NCBI RefSeq assembly: GCF_001194135.2 | Contig: NC_068985.1 | Coordinates: 4,567,709-4,602,088 of the forward strand | Direction: 5' to 3' | DNA: 34,380 nucleotides | Source: Octopus bimaculoides | Lineage: Eukaryota | In this document: positions 12,303 through 23,877 of the stretch, in pieces | Position numbering within the stretch: the stretch's first letter is position 1 | Layout of the letters: each line of letters starts with the position of its first letter | Notes under the pieces: generated by a model | What the model was told of the DNA's origin: nothing | The model's database searches: none | What the model saw: only the letters and a program-made list of their open reading frames with translations | Made by a program: the position numbers and the translations under genes

Positions 12303-13213
12303 NNNNNNNNNNNNNNNNNNNNNNNNNNNNNNNNNNNNNNNNNNNNNNNNNNNNNNNNNNNNNNNNNNNNNNNNNNNNNNNNNNNNNNNNNNNNNNNNNN
12401 NNNNNNNNNNNNNNNNNNNNNNNNNNNNNNNNNNNNNNNNNNNNNNNNNNNNNNNNNNNNNNNNNNNNNNNNNNNNNNNNNNNNNNNNNNNNNNNNNNNN
12501 NNNNNNNNNNNNNNNNNNNNNNNNNNNNNNNNNNNNNNNNNNNNNNNNNNNNNNNNNNNNNNNNNNNNNNNNNNNNNNNNNNNNNNNNNNNNNNNNNNNN
12601 NNNNNNNNNNNNNNNNNNNNNNNNNNNNNNNNNNNNNNNNNNNNNNNNNNNNNNNNNNNNNNNNNNNNNNNNNNNNNNNNNNNNNNNNNNNNNNNNNNNN
12701 NNNNNNNNNNNNNNNNNNNNNNNNNNNNNNNNNNNNNNNNNNNNNNNNNNNNNNNNNNNNNNNNNNNNNNNNNNNNNNNNNNNNNNNNNNNNNNNNNNNN
12801 NNNNNNNNNNNNNNNNNNNNNNNNNNNNNNNNNNNNNNNNNNNNNNNNNNNNNNNNNNNNNNNNNNNNNNNNNNNNNNNNNNNNNNNNNNNNNNNNNNNN
12901 NNNNNNNNNNNNNNNNNNNNNNNNNNNNNNNNNNNNNNNNNNNNNNNNNNNNNNNNNNNNNNNNNNNNNNNNNNNNNNNNNNNNNNNNNNNNNNNNNNNN
13001 NNNNNNNNNNNNNNNNNNNNNNNNNNNNNNNNNNNNNNNNNNNNNNNNNNNNNNNNNNNNNNNNNNNNNNNNNNNNNNNNNNNNNNNNNNNNNNNNNNNN
13101 NNNNNNNNNNNNNNNNNNNNNNNNNNNNNNNNNNNNNNNNNNNNNNNNNNNNNNNNNNNNNNNNNNNNNNNNNNNNNNNNNNNNNNNNNNNNNNNNNNNN
13201 NNNNNNNNNNNNN
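12303..13213. other. Assembly gap (911 N); second 13-N gap at 13760..13772
   Basis: Directly visible. Confidence 0.99.
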
Positions 13214-13419
13214 CAGTACGGACCACTACTGCTGTACTTTGTTGCAGTGGCAGCATAGAACTGTGAAAAGGAGATTATCAATGTTGACATGTGTTTTGGC
13301 ATGCCTCTATGGACGAACACTGAATACTGCTGATCAACATGCATTCGTGAAATGCACCACTGCTAATTATACCTCTCGTGTAACAAATGCTGTCCACTAC
13401 AGCCAATTGAGATCCTGTA

Positions 13420-13545
13420 TTTCTTGAGTGCTTACATCCCCACTGTACTCTGTATAGCCATTATTTACACTGGGCACACCTTACGGAATTTCTACCAACT
13501 CCTGCATACAAAACAGTCATTTCCCTGGTGTTATCAGGGTCCCAT
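13420..13545 (-). mobile_element. Degenerate RTE-clade LINE ORF fragment
   Basis: Minus strand reads ...GVGRNSVRCAQCK*WL, resembling the GVG.NSI.C..C..W motif I recall from RTE reverse transcriptase ORFs; contains stops. Confidence 0.55.
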
Positions 13546-13551
13546 TTTCCT

Positions 13552-13710
13552 TCATTTTAAGTCCATTTTCTATGCTAGCATGGGTCTGACAGGATCCTAA
13601 GGCCAGTGTCTCGCATGGTTTCTATGGCTGGATGCCATTCCTAACACCAACCATTTTACATTGTGTATTGGATGCTTTTTTTTTCATACCACTGGTACTA
13701 GTGAGGTCAT
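13552..13710 (-). mobile_element. Degenerate family B tail repeat
   Basis: ccattttctatgctagcatggg and ggctggatgccattcctaacaccaacc match other family B copies. Confidence 0.6.
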
Positions 13711-14020
13711 CGTGCAGCTTGCAAGCCTACAAAACCCAAGGTGGGAGCATCTCTATATTNNNNNNNNNNNNNGGGGGGGGGGGGTAAGGTATGAGTGAAA
13801 GGGTTGGGGTGGAGCAGGCTCTTGTAGAGTTGTACATGATAACTTGCATTTAGGACAGTGAGTGAAAATGAACCGATGGTGGTAAGGTGTCTCTTGGGGA
13901 GAAAAACAGGATTCCTTGTTCCCCTCTTCTCTCTCACTCTTACCACTTCCCTCCATTAATCACCAGTATCACTTTCATTTATTGTGTATAACTCCTCCTC
14001 CTCCTTCAGCCTTTTTTAAT

Positions 14021-15199
14021 GATGAGTTGGTATCAAAAAGTTCCCAGACTGGTTGTGTTTAATAAAAAAAAAATACCTTATTTACCTAAGTGTTAACATA
14101 ATCTTCAAAATAGCCCCCTTGCACAGCAGTACACCAGTCCCAGCATTTCTGCTACTTTTGGAATCCAACCTGGAGGTAATTTTCCATAAACGAATTAAGG
14201 ACCTTGTTAAAATGGCAACCTTTGAACTGCATTTCCATTTTGAGGAAGAAATAGAAGCCTACAGGTGCTAAATCTGACAAATAGGGCAGGTGTTGAAGTG
14301 ATAGTTTATTTTTGACAAGAAGCTCACAAGTGAGGAGAGCTCAGTGACCGGGTACATTGTCTTTGGGAAGAATCCATTTCTTCATGCTCCACAGCTCTGC
14401 TCACTTTCACATGTCATCCCTCAAATGCTTCAAAACATTGCATCAGAACTCTTGATTGATGGTCTGCCCATTGGGGACAAATTCTCGATGCACAATATCA
14501 CAAATGTCAGAAACAACAATGAGCATGTTCTTGATTGAGCTGTGGCTGTCATGCTTTCTTTGGTCCTGGGGATGAAGGGCTCTTCCATTGCGACAACTGC
14601 TGCTTCATCTCAGGGTTGTAGCCATAGACCCAACTCTCGTCACCAGTGATGATCCCCAACATGATGGGTCATCAGTGGCACATGGGGACAAACTTGGCAG
14701 AGACACACTGCATGTTCAGACGTTAGGATTGCCTGCACACACCCATCCGACAGACCAACAACATCGGCAATGTCGTTGATTGTCCTCCAACAATCTTCAT
14801 GCACAAGCTGATGACTTTCCTCCCCATTTCTTGGCGTGATGCCTCTGGCAGGTCTTCTCGGGACAGTCTTCTACTTTTGAAATAGCCATGTCACTTGAAA
14901 CATTGCATACAACCCACTCCCTCTCAATGAAGCATGCTCAATGACTCTGCAGCAGACGTCCCAAGTTCAATGCAAAATTTCGTGTTGGCTCTTTGTTCCA
15001 ACTTCCTCTCCATGACAAAACTGCAGACCACAGCAGAGATGTGATTGCAAAAACGAAAATTTCACAATTTGTTAAGCAAACACAGTGATGTCACTCGGCA
15101 CACTGCCTCCTGGAGGTCACTACTAGCTCTCACTGCGCACGCAACCATCTGTTGGTGTGCTACAGAACTAGTCTGGGAACTCCTTGATGTCACTTTGTA
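14021..15199 (-). mobile_element. Near full-length decayed mariner transposon (irritans-like), both TIRs present
   Basis: Minus strand: MERKLEQRANTKFCIELG (ATG at 15013), ITGDESWVYGYNPEMKQQLSQW, IVHREFVPNGQTINQE, HLPYLSDLAPVGFYFF, FQK*QKCWDWC..QGGYFE, with stops and frameshifts. TIRs 14021-14050 and 15170-15199 match 21/30, inner AGTTCCCAGACT identical. Confidence 0.92.
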
Positions 15200-15289
15200 T
15201 CTCTCTTCCTCTTCTCCCTTAAACTCTTATATATATTCATGTGACAGCTCAGCCAGGAGACAATGCATCTTGTTAGATGTGTCCCTGCA

Positions 15290-15595
15290 TACAGGGCTCT
15301 CTGGTAAGCTTGCTTCCCAACCACTTGATTCCAGGTTCAGTCCCACTGTGTGGCACCTTGGGCAAGTGCTTTCTACAACCTCAGCCTTATGAGTGGATTT
15401 GGTAAACAAACTGAAGAATGCACATTGTCTGTGTTTGCTGCCTCCCACTTGGACAACCAGTGTCCCTGTAACTTAGCAGTTCAACAAATGACGAATAAGT
15501 ACCAGGCTTTAAAAACAAATTGCTGAGGTTGATTTCATCAAGGCAGTGCTCCAGCATGGCCACAGTCTAATGGCTGAAACAAGTAAAAAGAAAAA
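15290..15595 (+). mobile_element. tRNA-derived SINE (family A), internally deleted
   Basis: ggttcagtcccactgtgtggcaccttgggcaagtg through gctccagcatggccacagtc..gaaacaagtaaaa. Confidence 0.8.
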
Positions 15596-15914
15596 CATGA
15601 TAAATCTAAGAAGCAACAGGAAGGATATTCAGTTGTAAAGCACCTCCTTCCAAAAAAACTGTCCAACCCATGCCAGTATGGGAAAGCAGATGTAGAAACG
15701 ATATGTTACATATAGCTTACCTTTACAACTCATTATCTGAGGAGACCGGTCCTTATGTCTGGCTATGTTGTGAGATCAAGTATACCTGTCTTGTAACATT
15801 GTCCTTATAGAATACTAACTGAAAATCTGGTTTGAGGAAAATAATGATAAAGCCTTTATTGGTCTCCTACCATTTCAGAGTATCATGTTTAAAGGATTTT
15901 GTATCACTGTAAAG

Positions 15915-16310
15915 AAACAGAATAAACAACCATCTTGGTTTTACCATTTGGTGGGAGTATGAAGAGGTTGCTATTATTTCCAACTCTGGAACAACCAACT
16001 GACCGGGGGGGGAAACACTGTTGCATGAAGCAAAGTCCAGCAACTTTCAGTGATTGTGCTTTTGACTCTTGTTAATTGACATTGCAAAACTGGAAATTGA
16101 AGTCTCTAGAATCCAAAGGACATGTCTGCTGAAATCGGTGGAATTTTTTGGAATAAACATATTTTATTCCTTTCCTTGTCCAGTGAGGATTGTTGCTTCC
16201 AAAAGATGTGAATGCAAATTGCTTGATAATCAGTCTTGTTCCATTACACAGCTTTGGAGAGGATCCATATTTCTCAAAAGCATGATTGGAACCCCTTTCT
16301 TTGTCAGGAG
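15915..16310 (-). mobile_element. Helitron PIF1-like helicase C-terminal fragment (pseudogenised)
   Basis: Minus strand across frameshifts: KGVPIMLLRNMDP, PKLCNGTRLIIKQ, LEATILTGQGK, RLQFPV, AMSINKSQ, QSLKVAGL, GCSRVG, GKTKMVVY. Confidence 0.9.
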
Positions 16311-17650
16311 CCAAAGAGTTAAACTGTTTGTCCCCCACCACCACCACCATTGCCTGATATCTGGTGTTGGTGTGTTTACATTCACATGACTCGGCTGTTT
16401 TGGTAAAAGAGGCCAATAAAGAAAGTAGCAAGCATAAAAGAAAGAACTGGTGTTGATTTGTTCGATTAAAATTCTTTATGGCGATGCTCCAGTGTGGCCA
16501 CAGTTTGATGACTGAAAAGATAAATGAACCACTAAATTCCTTATTAAAACTTTAAGCTAAGGGAGGTAACTCTTGTTCGCCCATCTCCGTAATACTATGG
16601 CTCTGAAGCCGTTTGCTGTTGCTTTACTTGCAAGAAATAGCAACCCAAATGAAGGGCAGACTTTCATTCCCAGGATCATCCTGATTCCAAAAAGGTATAT
16701 ATGCCTGTGTACAGCAAATGTAGACTGAGATACAGACGAAATTTCGCTTTTATTTCATATAGATTACTATATTCACTTGAGCTTGGCTGATAATCCAAAG
16801 AACCACAAGTGGATATATTCCTTTGCTTGAATTACACACACACACACACACACACACGCTCTTTCTTTCTCTATTTCTCTTTCTCTCTCTCTCTCTCTTG
16901 ATACCACTGTCTCTAATTCCCAACTCGGACTACTCATGTACTATTTCATTCCACATATGCACACAATTATTGTTCTGTCTGAGTTTTGATCTTCTCTTTG
17001 TAAATGCTCACCTGGTTTTAGTGATTCTGTAGTACATGGATTTACAACAGTAAAGTCTGACTGAACAGTTTGATAATGTGACAGCAATTATTTATCAAGA
17101 TGAAACAATCATCATTAGAGTTGGCAATCATATATGTTCTTGCAGTATTTGTACTTTGCAAATCAAAGTACCAGTGTTTTTTCTTTCAAGGAGAGAAGTT
17201 TTTGTACCTGATAAGGGACTCACAGGTTTAAAATTTGTAAGGCATCCCCACGAGAGCACCCTGGACTTGCTCAGGTGTTTTGAGATCCCATGGCAGGTAG
17301 TGTGAGAACTAGTAGGTAATTTATAATACAGGTGACTAGACCATAACCCACACCGCCAGATATTTTAAGCATCTCAAGAGTAATTCCTGCAGAAGAATAT
17401 CATAAAAGTGGTTCGTCTGTTCATTTGGTTGTGGAGCATAGACAGAAATAATTATCGCTATACTATTCTGCAAGACTAGCCTCAGCTTAAGCACTCTCGC
17501 ATACTCTGACTACTTCTATGACCTTAACCACTCATTTCTCAGCAAGAAGTATGCCCACACCACTTACCCTGTCGCTTATACCTTCCCAGAAGATTTTATA
17601 CCTATGTGTTTTGCCTGTGAGGAACCTGGCTGAAGCTCCTCTCTACCTTA

Positions 17651-18277
17651 TATTGGGTTGTCCGGAAAGTTCATGCCAATTTTTAAAGGCAAGAAAAAGG
17701 TCAAATACTTGCCATTACATTTTTAATCAACCAAATATGAACCATTTTGTTGCACAATGCATCTCCATCTTTCCTTTAACTTGAAAATACCCTCTTCCCA
17801 GAATTGAGGTGGTTTCATGGCAAAGAATTCATCAAGGTATATTTTTACATCATCCAAGGAATTGAAATCTTTACCATTAAGACTATTCTGCAGAGACCTG
17901 AATAAGTGGAAATCCGAAGGAGCAATGTCTGGTGAATATGGAGGGTGGGGTAACACATCCCAGCCGAGCTGCAGCAATTTTTGTCTGGTTCCCAAAGAAA
18001 TGTGCGGTCTTGCATTATCACGTTGGAAAACAACACCCTTCCTGTTGGCCAATTCTGAACGTTTCTCTTGAATTGCTGCTTTTAACTCGTCCAGTTGTGT
18101 GCAGTATTTCTCAGAATTAATTGTCTGGTTACTTGGGAGAAGCTCATAGTACAGAATTCCTTTCCAATCCCACCAGACACAAAGCAAGACTTTTTTAGAG
18201 TGAAGACCAGCTTTTGGGGTGGCTAATGGTGGCTCATGTTGCTTACTCCAGGATCGCTTTCTCTGAACAAGGGTCAC
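17651..18277 (-). mobile_element. 5'-truncated mariner (D,D34D) transposase with one TIR
   Basis: Uninterrupted ORF 17723..18277: KVLLCVWWD, DNARPH then 34 aa then D in YSPDIAPSDFHLF. TIR-like TATTGGGTTGTCCGGAAAGTTC at 17651 preceded by TA. First catalytic Asp and DNA-binding domain are absent. Confidence 0.93.
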
Positions 18278-18398
18278 ATCAAGTAACTTCTAGCAGCAGA
18301 AGCTTGAACTACAGAAAATGTTCTCTCAAGTCTGAATGAAACCTTTCAATCACATCTAGGCCAATAGCTGAAATGGGAAAATCTTTTCTATTTTAAAG

Positions 18399-18494
18399 GT
18401 GGTTAACACTGATAGCCAATGTGCCTTATGTGTTGAAGACTTGAAGTTGAAAGCTCAGAAACAGCTGGACTGTGGCCATAATTTCCATGAGGAG
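18399..18494 (+). CDS. DZIP3/TTC3-like, coding exon 8 (N-half of RING-H2: CALC...CGHNFH)
   Basis: ttttaaag|GTG acceptor and GAG|gtaaga donor; 32 codons VVNTDSQCALCVEDLKLKAQKQLDCGHNFHEE; not in the ORF track. Confidence 0.92.
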
Positions 18495-18560
18495 GTAAGA
18501 GTTTTATATTCTTAATTGCAAATTTAATGATTTAAATGTTAATGTTGGAGTTTACATTAG

Positions 18561-18678
18561 TGGTGAAGTTTATTTCCCAACAGAATGTGGCAGTCCTACA
18601 CAGGACGAAGTTACTGCTGTTTAGCCCCAGGAAAACCTCTTTTCCAGCTGGCTATCAACACAAAGTTTGTGTCCATCT
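18561..18678 (+). mobile_element. Degenerate arm fragment of the palindromic family D element
   Basis: tggcagtcct..tttagccccagga..tccagctggctat matches the arm at 28791. Confidence 0.6.
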
Positions 18679-18787
18679 GGCATGAGCAAGGGAGTTTATC
18701 GCTCCCATCTCTAGCCCTCGTGATACTCACAGGCTCGGTATCTTTGATCATTATTCCAACTATTTAGAATAATTCTTTTAATTCTTT

Positions 18788-18895
18788 AGGTGCAGGCGTG
18801 GCAGTGTGGTACGAAGTTTGCTTCTCAACCACATAGTTCCAGGTTCAGTCCCACTGCATAGCATCTTGGACAAGTGTCTTCTACTATATAGCCTT
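18788..18895 (+). mobile_element. SINE family A 5' (tRNA-like) fragment
   Basis: ggcgtggcagtgtggta and ggttcagtcccactgc (A-box-like and B-box-like). Confidence 0.75.
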
Positions 18896-19165
18896 TGCCT
18901 ATACTAGTAGAAACCTGTTTCCATGCTCAGAATTGAAACTTACAATAAACTATTAGTACCAATTGTTAGCTGCCAGGACACTATGGCTTTCAAAACTTCC
19001 ATGCTTCTCAAAATTCACCAACCATACAACTGATTGCACACACTTTTTTTTCATGACTCATTTCCTGTAAATTATTTTATGTACATGCACTTTAGGCCGT
19101 TTTTTTTTTCTGATGAGTTGTAGTGCACCGGAGAACTATACAATAAGTTCGTTTATATTATTATT

Positions 19166-19363
19166 AAGGTGGCGAGCTGACTGAATCGTTAGTAAGCTGG
19201 ACGAAATGCTTAGCATTTCACCCATCACTACGTTCTGAGTTCAAATTCTTCCAAGATCAACTTTGCCTTTCATCCTTTCGGGGAGCACTGGGGTTGATGT
19301 AATCAACTTGCCCCTTCCCCAAAAATTTCAGGCCATGTGCCCAAAGTAGAAAGGGTTATTATT
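19166..19363 (+). mobile_element. tRNA-derived SINE (family C)
   Basis: aaggtggcgagctg..ttctgagttcaaatt..aactttgcctttcatcctttcggg..ggccatgtgcccaaagtagaaa. Confidence 0.85.
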
Positions 19364-20704
19364 AGTTGAAGCTAGATTCAACTAAAACCAAATTGGAGTC
19401 TAAGTGGTTTAAATTTTTCTCTAAAGACAAGCTTTGCTCAAAAAACTATCAGTACTTTCAATGGCATACAGGTGTTCCAACTTTGACTAATCTCAGTGAA
19501 GAGAAAGAATCAACTTTTCGAGTCAGTGAAACAGAAAAATCAATGCTTGCTGCCATTTCTGAATTAGAAATGTTAATGCTATACAAAGCTGCATTTAATT
19601 ATGACTTTGTGGATAGCATTTTAAATTGAGGTGTTTAAGACAATACTGGAAATTCATAATAATCCTCTAAAAATTTTGTCTTGGTTTTTAACTGGTGCCA
19701 AGCTTCAGTTAATATCTGGAAGAGTTGGTAGCTATACAATTCCATTTTAACAAATGACCTTTAATGAACCAGTTGCTATAGAAAAAGTGATCAGAAATGA
19801 ATGGCTAATGGTTTGTTCAACAAAGACATTTCTCTACATTTTACCACATTTACAAAAAGGTTCTTAACTGTACAGAATGAATCTCAAAACAACCATAATT
19901 ACCAACTTCCTGTAATGTTGTTTCAAATGCAACAAATAAATGGAGGTTGTAACTGATTTAGTAAACTCATTAGTAATGTGTAGAAAATTTAAAACAAACA
20001 AAATGACTAAATCCTATAAATGAGATGTTTTGGTTAGAATAAGATTTGAATGTAACTATATTGTATAGTGAGGGTGTGTGGCTTTGTGGCTAGGCATGTT
20101 GCACTCATAATCCTGTGATCATGGGTTCAATTACCAGACTGGCTTAACATTGTGTTTTTGAGTAAAATACTTCTGCAGTAAATGGGTGACCCTGCACCAG
20201 GTTAGCTTTCTGATCAGGGGGGAATGGCATAACAAATGCAAAGTGCATTGTGACAAGTGATAACATCCAATAGTCTGATCGATCATGTTATTGTATTAAA
20301 AAAAAAAAATAGTTGTGCACATTTACTGGATTTTCAATTAAAATTTCCCAAATACATGAAAATGAAAAGTATCTTGTGAAAATAGCAAATCTTCACTTGC
20401 TACGTGTATTTGAAATAGAATATCACTGTTTCATTACAAGTTAAAATGTTGCAATCATTTTTTTTTTTTGTTCCATTACTAGATACATAAACGCCACATT
20501 TTGCAGAATGCATTCTGGAAAGTTATTCCAATAGAATATCTCTTTGATGCTTTTCTTTTGCTGATATATCACGATAGAATTGTTTATAATGTATTGCTTA
20601 ATTAACTGGTTATCTACATACTATTAAAATTGTACATATGTAACCAGTTACACAATTGCATGGAATGTTCTTCTTGCGCTGTATTTTTTTGTTCTCCTTT
20701 CCAG

Positions 20705-20797
20705 TGTATCATGGCTTGGGTGCATCGGCATGAAAGATCTTGTCCAACTTGTGGACAGTTGGTATTGTTTCCTGAAGAATTTCCTAAACTTTCTTGA
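20705..20797 (+). CDS. DZIP3/TTC3-like, last coding exon (C-half of RING-H2)
   Basis: Pyrimidine tract plus ccag; CIMAWVHRHERSCPTCGQLVLFPEEFPKLS-stop completes a C3H2C3 RING; CPTC..VL.PEEFP matches my recollection of the DZIP3/TTC3 C-terminus. Confidence 0.92.
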   Translation, partial: CIMAWVHRHERSCPTCGQLVLFPEEFPKLS

Positions 20798-21750
20798 GTT
20801 TGTTTTGTAAGCTGTTCTCTGCTTGTGGGCAGACTTTACTTCACATTGATTTAGACGCTTTATTCTTGTTCCTACTTTCAAACGGTATTACTCCTGTTGA
20901 GTACGATATCTTAACACCATAACTCACTCGCTCCCTTTTGCTATCCCTGTTTCACTATCTTCGACAGTTATTACTCGAGCTGAAACTGTTGCATTAGCAA
21001 CTTAATATAAGACTGATTCATGGTAGTCTTAATTTTCGATTTATAATTCCATTTGAGCGTTTTGTTTTTTGGGCTTTTTTTTCTCTCTCAGCTGAAAGAC
21101 GAGAGCCCCACTGCCTGTACTTGTTATTTCTCAAACGTTTTCTCTTTATCATTGCTATTTTCCAATGATAGTTAAGCCTTCAGCTAAAGGTTGGCTGAAT
21201 GTAGTTATCGTAAAGTTTTGGTTAGCTACCAACTAGATATTAAAATACGTATGTGGTTATCAGTTTGGTTTTGAGAGAAGTTTTACATGACTTCTCTAAA
21301 AGTTATAAAAAAAATTCAATGTCTTTGAAAATTCAATTGAATGAAGACAACTGATTTTAGAACTAGTCAATAAATCTGGCTAGAGTCTCTCCAAGATATA
21401 TACATCCTGTACTCGTCTCGGATTATTTACACCTGATTACATTTTCATTAAATTTGATGAGCCGTGTTGTTAGTCGCTTTCCAAAAGTGTTAAGAAGCTA
21501 GATTTACAGGGAAGGATAGCTTTAGCTGTTCAATAATAATATGAACAGTTAGTCATTTTGGGAGCATGTGATTTATATTTAATGCTTTGAAGGCAAGTAT
21601 TGCCCACATTTATTAAAGCAGTTGAATCGATACATGTTTCAAAGTATTTAATAAAGTTTCCTTTTAATTTCTTTTTTTGTTTTTTTTTACGTATATATAT
21701 ATATATATAGACTACTTCTAGTGAATAGACCATTAAGAATAATTTTCCAT

Positions 21751-21851
21751 AATCAGATTGGATCCTGGTGCAGCCATCTGGTTTGCCAGTCCTCAGTCAA
21801 ACCATCCAACCCATGCTAGCATGGAAGACAGATGTTAAACAATGATGATGA
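21751..21851 (+). mobile_element. Family B 3' tail fragment ending in (GAT)n
   Basis: ccaacccatgctagcatggaagacagatgttaaacaatgatgatga. Confidence 0.8.
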
Positions 21852-23877
21852 ATCATGATATTTTTCAGTTTTTGACTGCAAGATCCTTCATCTGCAGACA
21901 CTACAATATCAGTTTTAGTATATTTCATATTGTAAGCTGATATGCCTTTTTGGTCATTTTTCCCCAAAACTGTGTTATTTTAAATTTGAACTTTTGAAAA
22001 AAATCAAACTAAATTTCTGCAGCACAAATATTTATTGATGCCATTGCAATCAAAGTTAAAGAATTAATATTTACAAACAGGCGAGGAACATTCAGGGCAC
22101 TCAACTGAAAGACTGGTTTTACAATTTCGATTAAATTTTTAATGGAACAAGAGCAAAGCTCTTGTAAATTTCTATAAACTGCACATTCCTGGAATTGCAC
22201 CTGTTAGTTTCCAAGCTAAATATTAATAAATTCACATTTAAAATATAACCAACATTAGACAAAATACAAATTTTGTGATGTCCTTTTTGTCTTAAGGTTA
22301 TATTACTTGTCTGAAATATAACCTCAGTTGACAATGTGGAAAATAATTTAGTTTACTGGAATAACCCAAGACTGCTATTTTGAAACTATCCTTATTAACT
22401 TATAAACTTTCAATGATTTCATCATAGCTTTCTTATCATACACCAAAGTTTCAAACATTGAGGGTTTAGAGGAAACTTGTAATGTTGTAGCTGCTTTATA
22501 CCTCAAAAGCATCAATGTTTTACTTTAATAATTGTATTGGCTATGTCAGACTTTTGTTAGTTTTATTGAGCAATCTATTTACAAGCATGGAATTATATGC
22601 AGTCTTCTTTATCCAGTTGACAAAGGGAATAAATTAGTTTGGAATAACTTATTGGTAGGGGCTGCTGCAGTTCACAAGAGTGACAATTCATTTTAAAGGA
22701 AAGGGACGCTGAACTGAGTAAATCAGTACAATGAAAATATTTCGACTGAAGATTGTAGTGATAAGATGGTGTCTTCAAAATGACAATTTGCACAAGGTAC
22801 TGGAAACGAATTAGAAATTCTCTGTATTGCATCCTTTATAGAAAAAAATATCACAAATTGGAACTGAGGGGAAACCTAAGCAGAAGATAAGGGATAAATG
22901 ACAAGGTGATTAAATCTGATGGGTTTTGTTTTTTGTTTTAAGATTAACGGTAAACTGTTTGATTTAGTTGGCTTCATTAGTAAAACTAATTTAGTACACA
23001 TTAAAGCCTTCTAATATTTTGAATGTTTCTTTTCTTAGACATTTACAGAAAGTGACAAAAATCCTTTAGATGATGGTTCTTTTATATCTGTTTGAGGCCT
23101 AATACACTTGAAAGCATTCCAACTCTCCCTCCCAGCATTTAGTTTTTTTTCTTTTTAACTAAGTCTAAACCAAAATTAAAAATTTTCAAATATTAGAAAT
23201 GAAAGCCTAAATTTAAGAATCCTTTTGGGATCAATTTATAACTTCCAGTGTGTACAAAAGCAAAACAAGGTACTTGTGTAGATGATGGATTCAGGATGGA
23301 ATGTAAGGAAGAAATGTTTGAACAAAGAATACTATTGTATACTGAACCATAAAATGCATATTAAAATAGAGGTCCTGAGGGGGAGGGGGGCAATTAAAGA
23401 CCTGTTCAGTGGAAGCTCAAACAGTAAATGGGGAACTGACTTAAAATTTAAACTTTTAAGAATGGAGGTTTTGCTGTTGTATTGGCAATTGTTTAAAAGC
23501 CGATCCATTCTGCTTGGAGTCAGTGGATCAGTAACAAAGCCATCATATTCTTGATTATAAAACAATTGGTCAAAAGAGTGACTTGGGTTTGCATGAAAGG
23601 GGCATAAGTACTTATCTCTAATGAGAAAATTAATAACTTAACAAATTAAGAAATTTAAGTTGTTTTTTGTAAATTGAAGACAGTGGTATTTTGAGATACT
23701 TATGAAATTATCATTTATATGCACAACCAACTTAAAACCAGTTCCAGAGGTCATACACTTGACAATTAGCAATCATCCAGGGAGGTGGAGCAGGGGGCAA
23801 TTGCCTTTGTGCCTTAAAATCAGTGGTTGGCCTGAACATCTGGTCCCCTAAAATTCACTTAGGAAATATAGTGTTAC

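Noticed and set aside
12232-13427. Three long ORFs of 338-387 aa
   Set aside because: Consist almost entirely of X from the N gap.
17078-17305. CSIC motif as the first half of the RING
   Set aside because: No following C-x-H-x2-H or good splice sites; the exon at 18399 supplies the proper motif.
19109-19155. CTGATGA as a further hammerhead (also at about 30124 on minus)
   Set aside because: No correctly placed GAAA and no helix I/II pairing.
19366-19629. 87-aa plus-strand ORF inside the last DZIP3-like intron
   Set aside because: Non-ATG start, no recognisable motif, and exons 8 and 9 already join into a perfectly spaced RING.
23282-23565. Overlapping short ORFs on both strands downstream of the SCYL2 stop
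   Set aside because: No homology recognised; consistent with 3' UTR.
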